The notes under the pieces: generated by a model
What the model saw: the letters and a program-made list of their open reading frames with translations, nothing else
The model's database searches: none
What the model was told of the DNA's origin: nothing
Translations under genes and position numbers: made by a program
Origin: Thermoplasmatales archaeon SW_10_69_26
Lineage (GTDB): Archaea > Thermoplasmatota > SW-10-69-26
Reading direction: 5' to 3'
NCBI GenBank assembly: GCA_003009755.1
Contig: PXUB01000040.1
Location: 1-38,862 of the forward strand
Length of the DNA: 38,862 nt
In this document: in pieces, positions 1 to 8,410 of the stretch
Numbering within the stretch: the first letter of the stretch is position 1
How the letters are laid out: each line of letters opens with the position of its first letter

Positions 1-186
1 ACGTGAATCTACCATTCCTGCCAACGAGGGCCCGTTCTTCACCCTTCTTGGCCCCCGCGCCTTGTGTGTCGACGCCAGCTGCGCGTCGGCTGGTCCGGGT
101 GTGTGGTGAGGTTCTCCTCCGGGCCGTTGGGTTCGTCAACGACCTCGGTGGATTGCTCAGGATCCGCCGAGCCACCACGGGGAACG

Positions 187-194
187 TTGAAATA
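187..194 (+). promoter_or_regulatory. Putative TATA box of the rpl1 operon (TTGAAATA)
   Basis: AT-rich box in GC-rich DNA, about 25-30 nt upstream of the L1 leader motif. Confidence 0.5.
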
Positions 195-219
195 GGACCC
201 CTCTTATGGCCGCGGCGCT

Positions 220-250
220 GCAGGAGGTCCTCCCGGACCGTTCGCACTGC
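220..250 (+). promoter_or_regulatory. L1-binding autoregulatory mRNA leader (mimic of the 23S rRNA L1 site)
   Basis: GCAG-GA-GGTCC-tccc-GGACC-GTTCGCA-CTGC: two helices flanking an asymmetric GA / G..A internal loop, directly before rpl1. Same architecture as known L1 operators. Confidence 0.7.
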
Positions 251-252
251 GC

Positions 253-906
253 GTGGTGACGACTTTGGTCGATCGCGAAGAGATCCGAGAGGCTGTCGAA
301 GACGCCCTCGAACGAGACGAGGGCCGCAACTTCACCCAGTCCGTGGACCTCGCCATCAACCTCCGGGACGTCGATCTCGCCAACCCCGAAGAGCGGGTCG
401 ACAAGGAGATCCTCCTCCCGGAGGGGCGAGGCAAGGACGTGAACGTGGGGTTGTTCTGCACCGAGGAGATGGCGACGAAGGCCGGCGACGTGGCCGACGA
501 GGTCGTGCTCCCCGAGGAGATCGAAGACCTCGGCGACGACGACAACGAGGCCAAGGCGCTGGCTCGCGAGATGGACTTCTTCCTCGCCGAAGCCCCCCTC
601 ATGCCGGACATCGGTCGCACCCTCGGACCCGTGCTCGGGCCGCGAGGGAAGATGCCGAACCCGGTCCAGCCGGGCACCGACCCCTCCGAAACGATCGACA
701 ACCTGCGTCGCACTGTGCGAGCTCGGTCGCGCGACCGCCGGACCTTCCACCTCGCGGCCGGCACCGAGAACCACAACCCCGACGAGCTGGCGACGAACAT
801 CCGCCGGCTCCTCCGCGAGATCACCATGGATCTCGAACGGCACGAGCACAACTTGGACGCCGTGTACGTGAAGACGACCATGGGTCCGTCCGTCCAGATC
901 CTCTGA
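253..906 (+). CDS. rpl1: 50S ribosomal protein L1 (uL1)
   Basis: RNFTQSVDLAINL and LGPVLGPRGKMP motifs, C-terminal YVKTTMGP; archaeal length. Confidence 0.97.
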   Translation: MVTTLVDREEIREAVEDALERDEGRNFTQSVDLAINLRDVDLANPEERVDKEILLPEGRGKDVNVGLFCTEEMATKAGDVADEVVLPEEIEDLGDDDNEAKALAREMDFFLAEAPLMPDIGRTLGPVLGPRGKMPNPVQPGTDPSETIDNLRRTVRARSRDRRTFHLAAGTENHNPDELATNIRRLLREITMDLERHEHNLDAVYVKTTMGPSVQIL

Positions 907-916
907 GGTGCGATCG

Positions 917-1978
917 ATGGCAACGAGAACGCAGGCACGCGTCGCCCCCTGGAAGAAGCAAGAGGTGCAGGAGCTCGTCGACCTCCTGCGCGAGCACTCC
1001 GTCGTCGGCGTGGCTCGCATCGACAGCCTGCCCAGCCAGCAGTTCCAGGAGGTCCGCGCCACGGTTCGCGATCAGGCCCAGATCCGCGTCGGTCGCAACT
1101 CGCTGATCGAGCGAGCGATCGACGAGCTCGAGGATGAGAGGGACGACCTCGCGGACATCAAGCCGTTCATCAGCGGCCAAACGGCCCTCATCCTCTCCAA
1201 CGAGAACCCCTTCAACCTGTTCACGACGGTCGAGGAATCCAAGCAGAACGCGCCTGCCAACCCGGGCGACGTTGCCCCCAAGGACATCTGGGTCGAGGAA
1301 GGCGACACGCCCTTCGACCCCGGTCCCGTGGTCGGCGACCTGCAGAAGGCCGGGCTGCCCGCCAAGATCGAGGGCGGCAAGGTCGTGATCTCGGAGGACG
1401 AGCTCGTCGCCGAGGAAGGCGACGAGATCGGCGCCGATCTCGCCGACGCTCTCAGCCGGCTCGAGATCCACCCCATGATCGTCGGGCTGGATCTCCGCGC
1501 CGTCTGGGAAGAGGGCACGGTCTTCGACCGCGACACCCTCGACGTCGATCAGGAAGCCTTCGTCGACGACCTGGGCGCCGCCCACGGCCGCGCTCGCGCG
1601 CTCGCCGTCGAGGTGGCCTACCCGGCGGCTTCGGTCCTACCGGAGCTCGTCTCGTCCTCGGCAGCCGAGGCCCGCAGCCTCGCGCTCGAGGCCGAGTACC
1701 CCGCCTCCGACATCGTGGACGAGATCCTCGCCCGCGGCCACTCCCAAGCGCTGGCCCTCGCCGGCCAGCTGCCGGACGAGGCGCTCAGCGAGGACGTCCA
1801 GGACCAGCTCGGGGCCCAACAGGCCCAGCCCACCCCCGAGCCCGACACTGAGGACGAGGACGACACCGAGGCCGAGGAGGCCGAAGACGAAGACGACGAC
1901 GAGGGCGAGGGCGAGGGCGAGGGCGAGGAGGTCTCCGAGGAGGAGGCCGCCGAAGGGCTGGGCGAGATGTTCGGCTGA
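917..1978 (+). CDS. rpl10: 50S ribosomal protein L10/P0 (uL10)
   Basis: VAPWKKQEV and GDTPFDPGPVVGDLQ motifs, acidic tail ending EGLGEMFG. ATG 917 follows GAGGTG SD. Confidence 0.96.
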   Translation: MATRTQARVAPWKKQEVQELVDLLREHSVVGVARIDSLPSQQFQEVRATVRDQAQIRVGRNSLIERAIDELEDERDDLADIKPFISGQTALILSNENPFNLFTTVEESKQNAPANPGDVAPKDIWVEEGDTPFDPGPVVGDLQKAGLPAKIEGGKVVISEDELVAEEGDEIGADLADALSRLEIHPMIVGLDLRAVWEEGTVFDRDTLDVDQEAFVDDLGAAHGRARALAVEVAYPAASVLPELVSSSAAEARSLALEAEYPASDIVDEILARGHSQALALAGQLPDEALSEDVQDQLGAQQAQPTPEPDTEDEDDTEAEEAEDEDDDEGEGEGEGEEVSEEEAAEGLGEMFG

Positions 1979-2005
1979 CGATCAACAATCACGGAGGAAC
2001 ACACA

Positions 2006-2350
2006 ATGGAGTATGTCTACGCTGCACTGTTGCTGAACGCGTCCGGTCAGGACGTCGACGAGGACGGGATCACCGAGATCCTCGAAGCCGCTGGCACCGA
2101 CGTGGACGAGTCCCGCGTCAAGGCGCTCGTGTCCGCCCTCGACGGCGTCGACATCGAGAACGCCATCCAGTCCGCGGCCGTCTCCGCGCAGGCTGCCCCC
2201 GCCGCCGGTGGCGGCGGGGGCGCGGCCGAGGCTGCCGAGGCCGACGAGGCCGAGGAAGCCGAGGAGGCCGAGGGGGCCGAGGAAGACGAAGAAGAGGAGG
2301 ACGTCTCCGAGGAGGAGGCGGCCGAGGGCCTCGGCGAGCTGTTCGGCTGA
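2006..2350 (+). CDS. rpl12: 50S ribosomal stalk protein L12 (aP1)
   Basis: MEYVYAALLL start, Ala-rich hinge, EGLGELFG C-terminus; GGAGG SD. Confidence 0.97.
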   Translation: MEYVYAALLLNASGQDVDEDGITEILEAAGTDVDESRVKALVSALDGVDIENAIQSAAVSAQAAPAAGGGGGAAEAAEADEAEEAEEAEGAEEDEEEEDVSEEEAAEGLGELFG

Positions 2351-2516
2351 TCGCCGCTCGCCTCGATCGACCCTCGATGGACCGGGGCCGGGCCCAGCGT
2401 CGGCAAGGGCCACCCCGCGTCCCCTCGTGATCGGACGCCGCTCCGGTCGTTCGGTGCTCGTCACCGGACGGCCGGCTCACTTCCGTTTTCTCTCTGTCTC
2501 TTCCCCTTAGCTTCCG

Positions 2517-2957
2517 CTAGACTGCCGGCTGTGCTTGGGTTAAGCTCTCGCTCGGCCTCAGGCGGTGAAAGCGCGGAGCCGAGACGAAGGAGTAGCCGGA
2601 GGCTACTTCGAGGTCGAAGGCGACAACGCTTGGAAACCTCACAACTTGCAAGGATCGTATCATCGCCGCCTGAGGGCGGCCTCGCGTGGAGGCGCCGGTC
2701 TGAGGCGGGCAATCTCGTTGTCGCCCTCCGTCGAAAACCCACAGGATCGCCTCCCGCGGCAACCGGTACACGGCCTCGTCGTCGGCCAGCCACAGCGCGT
2801 CGTCGGTCAACGCGACCGGTGGACCGCCCTCGCCGAACACCTCGATCGGGGTCTCGCCGCGCTCGCGAGCGCGAGCGTCGATCGCCTCGGCGGACGTGTC
2901 CACGTTCACGCGGTAGCGGGACAGCGGGTCGGCGGCGGCGGGATCCACCTCGCTCAT
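2517..2957 (-). pseudogene. Hypothetical protein, probably truncated at ~2735 by repeat insertion
   Basis: Starts 10 nt after the alaS stop. The first ~75 codons are acidic and host-like, then the frame reads through the MITE-like repeats. Confidence 0.45.
2557..2674. mobile_element. MITE-like element with terminal inverted repeats and an internal hairpin
   Basis: CTCAGGCGGTGA / TCGCCGCCTGAG inverted ends (11/12), flanked by GGC on both sides; internal AGTAGCC-gga-GGCTACT hairpin. Confidence 0.5.
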
Positions 2958-2967
2958 GAGGGGACCC

Positions 2968-5790
2968 TCACGTCTCCAGCAGCTCGCGGGCCCGCTCCCG
3001 AGCGGCCTCGATCGCCTCGTCGGTGTTCTCGGCTTGGGGACCGCCGGCGCGGGCCATGTTCGGCGAGCCGCCTCCGCCGCCGCCCAGCGCTTGGCCGCCG
3101 GCGTTCACGACGTCGCTGGCGTCGACGTCCACGTTCGAGCTGGTGGCGACAGCGATGCCGGCCTTGCCGTCGTCGACGCCGCCGACGATCGCGACCACGT
3201 CGTCCTCGTCCACGAGGTCCCCCGCCGCGGACACGACATCGTCCAGCGCGAGGTCCACTCGGGTGGCCACGAGGCGGACGCCGGCCACCGCCTCGGCCTC
3301 GGCCAGCTGCTCGGCGAGGCGGTGGCTGGCGAGCTCGCCGCGCAGCTGCTCGGCCTCCTTCTTGTAATGCTTCCACTCGTCGAAGAACCGGTTGGCCGTC
3401 GAGGGCAGGTCCTCGATGGGGACCTCGAAGGCGTCGGCGGCGTCGTGCAGCAGGTCCTCGCGCTGCTGGACCTGCGTGAGCGCGGCCAGCCCGGCCGCGT
3501 ACTCGATCCGCTCGACGCCGTCCTGCACGCGCTCGGTGCCGAAGATCTTGACCAGGCCCAGCTCGCCGGTCGAGCCGACGTGCGTGCCACCGCAGGCTTG
3601 CACGTCGAACTCGCTGATGCGCACGACGCGGATGTCCTCCTCGTCGGGCACGCCGCCCTGGTAGAGGCGGAAGCCGTGGTTCTGCTCGGCGGTGACGCGG
3701 TCGACCCACGTCTTCTCGACGGGTCGACCCTCGAGCACGATCAGGTTGGCGAGGGTCTCGATCTCGCGGATCTCCTCCTCGGTCAACCGCTGGTAGTGCG
3801 TGATGTCGAGCCGCGAGCGCTCGGTGCCCTTCTGGGCGCCGGACTGCCAGACGTGGTCGCCGAGCACGCTGCGCGCGGCCGCCCCGATGATGTGGGTCGC
3901 GGTGTGGTTGCGCGTCAGCGCCTGGCGGCGCCCCCAGTCGACCTGACCGCGCACGGACTCGCCGACCTTGATCTCCTCGGGCACCTGGTGGACGACGAGA
4001 CCGTCCCACTCCTGCACGTCCTCGACGGGGATCGCCTCCTCGCGAGCGAACAAGAACCCCTCGTCGGCGGGCTGTCCGCCGCCCTCGGGGTAGAAGCCGG
4101 TCTGGTCGAGGATGACACCGTAGCCCTCGTCGACGGGGTCCTCACCGACCCAGAGCACGGTCGCGTTGAAGTCCCTCGTCGTCGCCTCGTCGTAGTACAG
4201 GCGATCGGTCTCCGGCAGGTCCGGCGGCTCGGGACCGGTCTCGATCTCGGCAGCGTCGGCGTCGGCGTGGCGCTGGTTGACCCGCCGGTAGAAGTCGTCG
4301 GGCAGGTCGATGGCGACGCCGGCCTCCTCGGCCACGTCGGCCACGATCTCCGGCGGCATGCCGTGGCTGTCGTACAGCTCGACGAGCCGGTCCGTGGACA
4401 AGCCGTTGCCGGCCTTGGCCTCGAGCTCGCGTCGCACGAGACGCCGGCCGCGCTCGAGCGTGCGATCGAACTTGTCGGCCTCGGTCTCGATCATCGACTG
4501 GATCGAGTCCCGGGCCCGCCACAGGTGGTCGTAGTCCTCGCGCAGCTCGTCGAGGTGGGTCTCGATCACGTCGTAGAGCGGGACGTCGATGGCCACCTCG
4601 TCCATCAGGCGCAGGCTCTTGCGGATGAGCAACCGGGCCAGGTAGCCGGCGCGGACGTTGCTGGGCACGATGCCGTCGCCGAGCATGAACGCCAGGCAGC
4701 GCGTGTGGTCGGCGATGGCGTAGATCCGCTCGAGCGGGGCCAGCCGCTCGGCCAGCTCCTCGGGCCCGATGTCGAACCCGCGCTCGTTCAACCGGTCGGC
4801 GACCTGCTCGCGCAGGTGCCCGAGCTTGGCGCCTGTGTCGACCTCCAGCATGCAGCTCAGCTTGGCGTGCTCGGCGAGGATGTCGGCGGTGGCCGGATCC
4901 TCCCGCGGGTCGACGCCGGCGTGCTCGGTGAGCACGTCCACCGTCTGGGGGAACACGCTCTCGTAGATCGTCGGTGTCCCCTGGCTGGCCCAGACGAACC
5001 GCTCGAGCCCGTAGCCGGTGTCGACGATCGTGAGCGGCATCTCCGCGTAGGGGTCGCCTTTGACCTCGATCGGGCCCTCGGGGTCGGCCTCGTACTGCAT
5101 GAACACGAGCGTCGAGACCTCGAGCCCGTGCGTGAGCACCTCGAAGGCGGGCCCGGCGTTGCCGCCGCCCGCCCACGGGTTCTCCTTGTACGTGACCGTG
5201 TCCGTGTCGACGCCGAGGCTCTCCAAAAGCCCGTGGCAGAGGTTGACGGTGCGCTCCTTGAAGTAGAAGTCGTCGGGGTCGCCGGCTTTGCCCTGCCGGA
5301 TGAACTCGTGACCGTCGGGGTAGTTGAAGCAGTGGTGCCCCATCATCTCGAACATCGTCAGGTGCCGGCCCGAGCGGCCGACGCTGTCCACGTCGTTCAG
5401 CCGGATGCACGGCTGGGAGACGGCCAACGGGTTGGCCGGCGGCGGCACGTTGCCGCTCGTGACGTGAGGCTGGTAGTTCGCGATCGAGGCGATGTTGAGG
5501 TAGATGTCGTCGCGCCAGCGGGCTACGGTCGGCTGCGGGCGCACGCGCTCGTGACCCTCGGCGTCGTGGAACGCGAGGAACCGCTCGCGCATCTCGGACA
5601 GATCGAAGCTCTCGTCGGTGATCGGGGATCCGATGAAGCTGTACTCCGTGCAGGGGGGATCGCCGCACAGCTCGGTGTCCGGGTCCTGCGTCCAGAACCA
5701 GCTCTCGCAGGACGGGCACTGCTTGCGGGAGAACCCGTGCTCGTCGAAGAACCTCAGCCGGTACTCGTCGCTCAGGTCCACGTCGGTCAC
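2968..5790 (-). CDS. alaS: Alanine--tRNA ligase, archaeal type
   Basis: N-terminal CPSC/CGDPPC, HLTMFEMMGHH, DTGYGLER, editing HTATH and CGGTH, C-Ala GGGGGG. GTG start overlaps the upstream TGA. Confidence 0.96.
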   Translation of the reverse strand: MTDVDLSDEYRLRFFDEHGFSRKQCPSCESWFWTQDPDTELCGDPPCTEYSFIGSPITDESFDLSEMRERFLAFHDAEGHERVRPQPTVARWRDDIYLNIASIANYQPHVTSGNVPPPANPLAVSQPCIRLNDVDSVGRSGRHLTMFEMMGHHCFNYPDGHEFIRQGKAGDPDDFYFKERTVNLCHGLLESLGVDTDTVTYKENPWAGGGNAGPAFEVLTHGLEVSTLVFMQYEADPEGPIEVKGDPYAEMPLTIVDTGYGLERFVWASQGTPTIYESVFPQTVDVLTEHAGVDPREDPATADILAEHAKLSCMLEVDTGAKLGHLREQVADRLNERGFDIGPEELAERLAPLERIYAIADHTRCLAFMLGDGIVPSNVRAGYLARLLIRKSLRLMDEVAIDVPLYDVIETHLDELREDYDHLWRARDSIQSMIETEADKFDRTLERGRRLVRRELEAKAGNGLSTDRLVELYDSHGMPPEIVADVAEEAGVAIDLPDDFYRRVNQRHADADAAEIETGPEPPDLPETDRLYYDEATTRDFNATVLWVGEDPVDEGYGVILDQTGFYPEGGGQPADEGFLFAREEAIPVEDVQEWDGLVVHQVPEEIKVGESVRGQVDWGRRQALTRNHTATHIIGAAARSVLGDHVWQSGAQKGTERSRLDITHYQRLTEEEIREIETLANLIVLEGRPVEKTWVDRVTAEQNHGFRLYQGGVPDEEDIRVVRISEFDVQACGGTHVGSTGELGLVKIFGTERVQDGVERIEYAAGLAALTQVQQREDLLHDAADAFEVPIEDLPSTANRFFDEWKHYKKEAEQLRGELASHRLAEQLAEAEAVAGVRLVATRVDLALDDVVSAAGDLVDEDDVVAIVGGVDDGKAGIAVATSSNVDVDASDVVNAGGQALGGGGGGSPNMARAGGPQAENTDEAIEAARERARELLET

Positions 5791-6917
5791 CGCCCCAGCT
5801 CGTCGTGGATCGCTTGCGCCGCGGCTCCGTGCTCGACCTTGGAGCCCAAATCGCGCAGCACGCCCTCGAGGTTGGCGTAGAAGGCCACGATCTCGCGCAC
5901 GTCGACCTGTCCCATGTGGCCCACGCGGAAGATCTCGCCGCTCATGTGGCGCTGCCCGCCGGCGATCACGATGCCTTCCTGCTTGAGCGCCCCCAACAGC
6001 TCCTCGCCCTCGATGCCGTCGGGGACCTCGACGGCGGTCAGCGTGTCCGAGCGGTGCTCGGGCTCGGCCAGCAGGTCCAGGCCCAGCGCCTGGGCGCCGG
6101 TGCGCGTGGCTTCGGCGACCCGATGCACGCGCTCGAAGCGCTCCTCGAGACCCTCCTCGAGCACGATGCGCAGCGCCTCGCGCGTCGCCAGGTGCAGGTG
6201 CGTGGCCGGGGTCCAGGGGGTCTGGTGGTCCTGCCAGCGGTCCAGGTACTGCGGGAGATCGATGTAGTAGGAGGGATGCTCGTGCAGCTGTTCCCGGGCT
6301 CGCTCGGACAGGCTCACGAACGAGAGCCCGGCCGGCGCGCCCAGGCACTTCTGCGAGCCGGAGACGCACGCATCGAGCCCCAGCTCGTCGACCGGCACGT
6401 CGATGCCGCCCAAGCTCGTGATGCAGTCGGCGATCACCAGCGCGTCGTGGCCCTCGGCGATGTCTGCCAGGTCCTCGATCGGGTGCGTGAAGGCCGCCGA
6501 CGACTCGTTGTGCGTGAACAGCAACGCGTCGGCGCCGTGCATCGCCTGGTCCACCGTCGCCAGGTCGAAGGGCTGGCCCCAGGCCTGCTCGAGGTGGGTG
6601 ACCTCGCCGGCATAGCGGTGAGCCAGCTTGGCCATGCGGTTGCCGAACTTCCCGTTGTCGAGGACGACCACCATGTCCGACCCGTCGACCAGGGACCCGA
6701 CCGCGGCGTCCATCGCCGACGTGCCCGACCCCGACAGGCACAGCACGGGGTCGTCGGTCTGGTAGACGTCCTGCAAGAGCTCGAACAGCTCGCGGTTGAC
6801 CTCGGTGAACTCCGGGCTCCGGTGAGCGTGGGCGGGCTGCGCCATCGCTCGTTGGACCCGGGGATGCAGGTCGACCGGGCCGGCGAGGAGGAAGAGGTTG
6901 TCCTCGACGTCGTACAT
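5787..6917 (-). CDS. Class V PLP aminotransferase (serine-pyruvate/alanine-glyoxylate family)
   Basis: LAGPV, GSGTSAMDAA, HNESS, DCITSLGG, SGSQKCLGAPAG (PLP Lys), FRVGHMG. Confidence 0.92.
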   Translation of the reverse strand: MYDVEDNLFLLAGPVDLHPRVQRAMAQPAHAHRSPEFTEVNRELFELLQDVYQTDDPVLCLSGSGTSAMDAAVGSLVDGSDMVVVLDNGKFGNRMAKLAHRYAGEVTHLEQAWGQPFDLATVDQAMHGADALLFTHNESSAAFTHPIEDLADIAEGHDALVIADCITSLGGIDVPVDELGLDACVSGSQKCLGAPAGLSFVSLSERAREQLHEHPSYYIDLPQYLDRWQDHQTPWTPATHLHLATREALRIVLEEGLEERFERVHRVAEATRTGAQALGLDLLAEPEHRSDTLTAVEVPDGIEGEELLGALKQEGIVIAGGQRHMSGEIFRVGHMGQVDVREIVAFYANLEGVLRDLGSKVEHGAAAQAIHDELGR

Positions 6918-6940
6918 CAGGCCGCCCTACCGCAGCCGGG

Positions 6941-6946
6941 GTTAAA
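6941..6946 (-). promoter_or_regulatory. Putative TATA box (TTTAAC) for a leaderless aminotransferase-alaS transcript
   Basis: 24-29 nt upstream of ATG 6917. Confidence 0.5.
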
Positions 6947-7042
6947 GGGCTTGTCGCCCGGTGCTGCCGGAAGCCGGCGGGAACCGTTGGCGAACGTCCA
7001 CGTTCGACACGTTGAAGGGCCAAGGGCGCGCCATCAGGTTCC

Positions 7043-7186
7043 ATGCCCGAGCTGCCCGGGACCGAGTGCCCGCGTTGCGGGGCCCTCGCCGACCGCGAGG
7101 AGACCAGCGTCGGGATCTTGCTCGCGTGCCCGGACTGCGGGTTCGAAGCCGGCGACCCGCTCGATCTCGACTTCAAGTCGGACTGA
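7043..7186 (+). CDS. Small CPxCG zinc-finger protein (47 aa), absent from the ORF track
   Basis: Manual translation MPELPGTECPRCGALADREETSVGILLACPDCGFEAGDPLDLDFKSD; TTGAAG box about 30 nt upstream. Confidence 0.75.
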   Translation: MPELPGTECPRCGALADREETSVGILLACPDCGFEAGDPLDLDFKSD

Positions 7187-7235
7187 GGGCTCGCCCGGGC
7201 CAACGCGTAAGCTCGCCGAGCCTGCTGGGTCACCG

Positions 7236-7566
7236 ATGGCCGAGATCCTCGTCGGCACCTCGGGCTGGTCCGAAGACGACTGGGTCGGACCGTTCCACCC
7301 GAAGGCCGTCGACCGCTCAGACTGGCTGGGTTACTACGCCCAGCGGTTCCCGACCGTCGAGGTCAACTACACCTTCTACCAGACGCCCGCCGCCGACCGC
7401 ATGCAGACGCTGGCCGGCCGCTTCGCCGATCCCGATCTCGAGGGCGTGTTCGAGGCGCCGCAGACGATCACGCACGAGGCGATCGTGGACGGCCGCGAGC
7501 CGTTGGCCCAGCGGCGGCTGGCGACGTTCTTCGACGCGATGCAGCCCGTGGCCGAGGGCGGGCGCG
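7236..7566 (+). pseudogene. Truncated DUF72 family protein
   Basis: ILVGTSGWS..DWVGPFHP and YAQRFPTVEVNYTFYQTP are typical of the DUF72 N-terminus. Similarity is lost after ~110 aa and the frame runs into an opposite-strand gene. Confidence 0.75.
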
Positions 7567-7647
7567 ACGGCGGGCGCGGTCCAGATGCAGCCTCGGGCCG
7601 GGGGAGACCAGCACGAGCACGAGCAGGCAGGCCGTGGCCCGACGCAC
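7567..7647 (-). pseudogene. Frameshifted lipoprotein signal-peptide remnant
   Basis: GTG 7647 gives MRRATACLLVLVLVSP; lipobox-like GCI (7584-7592) lies out of frame. Confidence 0.3.
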
Positions 7648-7713
7648 GCCCAGCCAGCGTCCGTGCCTGGCAAGAGGCTTGGGGCGAGGCTCCCAGGCGG
7701 CGTCGATCCGGCC

Positions 7714-8004
7714 CTACCCGTCGTCTTCGGCGATCGCCGGGACCTCGACGTTGTGGACGGTGGCCTCGTCGGCGTGCCCGTTCGTGCGCAGGCCGGCGAT
7801 CCGGTTGGCGGATTCGCCCAGCCAGTCGGCGAAGGCCTCGCGGCACTCGGGGCAAAGCTCCAGCTTCTCGCGGCGACGTATCGGCAAGAACGAGCTGGAC
7901 TCGGGGTCGTCGAACTTGATCGTGAGATCGAGCTTGGTCTGCTCGATCTCGGCTTCGCGCATCTCCCGCTCGCAGCGGTCGCACACGAGGATCGTCACCT
8001 TCAT
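7714..8004 (-). CDS. Small protein with two CxxC pairs (putative Zn-binding)
   Basis: MKVTILVCDRCE...LELCPECREAFADWL, acidic tail. Confidence 0.75.
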   Translation of the reverse strand: MKVTILVCDRCEREMREAEIEQTKLDLTIKFDDPESSSFLPIRRREKLELCPECREAFADWLGESANRIAGLRTNGHADEATVHNVEVPAIAEDDG

Positions 8005-8091
8005 CGCGGTCACCGCACCCAGCGTTAGCCAGACGGCGTATAGGGGTTGTTCCGAAGATGTCGAAACGTTGCCTCGCTTGAGGAGGATGGC

Positions 8092-8280
8092 TCAGGCGAA
8101 GGCCCAAAGCGTCGGCTCCTCGGCGCGCGCGAACCGGTCCTCGAGGCGGTCCTCGTCCCAGCCGGTCGGCATCAACAGCGAGGCAAGCCCGCGCAGCACG
8201 AGCTGCTGGTCGTGCTCGCGGTCGTAGGCCCTGCTCGATGTCGTCCTCCTCTTGCCCGGCTTGGCTGTGCGAGGGCGCAT
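8092..8280 (-). CDS. Hypothetical small protein (62 aa)
   Basis: ATG ORF co-oriented with its neighbours; basic N-terminus and acidic, protein-like C-terminus. Confidence 0.45.
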   Translation of the reverse strand: MRPRTAKPGKRRTTSSRAYDREHDQQLVLRGLASLLMPTGWDEDRLEDRFARAEEPTLWAFA

Positions 8281-8410
8281 CCGGCGGCGTGGTGAGGCAC
8301 CCGTAGAGGCGGTTCGGGGCGCCTCGCGGCAACCCCGTTTTCTTTGGCCGAGTGGTTTCTTTTTCCGGGGGTTGCCAGGCGTCAGGGGCCCTGAAAAAGG
8401 GGAAAGATTC

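Noticed and set aside
144-171. Hairpin CTCGGTGGAT..ATCCGCCGAG upstream of the rpl1 promoter
   Set aside because: Upstream context is cut off by the window edge and such stems are common at this GC content
1901-2350. Repeated DNA at the ends of rpl10 and rpl12, and (GAGGGC)4
   Set aside because: Explained by the conserved acidic stalk C-terminus shared by P0 and P1
2470-2750. SRP RNA, RNase P RNA, tmRNA or HDV-like ribozyme
   Set aside because: Only short chance matches (ACGGAAGTGAGC; GGTTTTCGACGG). The SRP helix-8 flanks, RNase P P4 motifs and HDV spacing are missing
2956-5880. Long antisense ORFs (974 aa here; also 20543-22498, 23481-25103, 29961-31547 and others)
   Set aside because: Shadow frames of real genes in high-GC DNA, with no recognisable motifs
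5791-7233. N-terminal extension making AlaRS 1421 aa
   Set aside because: An Arg/Pro/Gly-rich off-frame read of the aminotransferase; the real start is GTG 5790. The extensions of pheS, trpS, caiB, gyrA, sufC and sufD were trimmed in the same way
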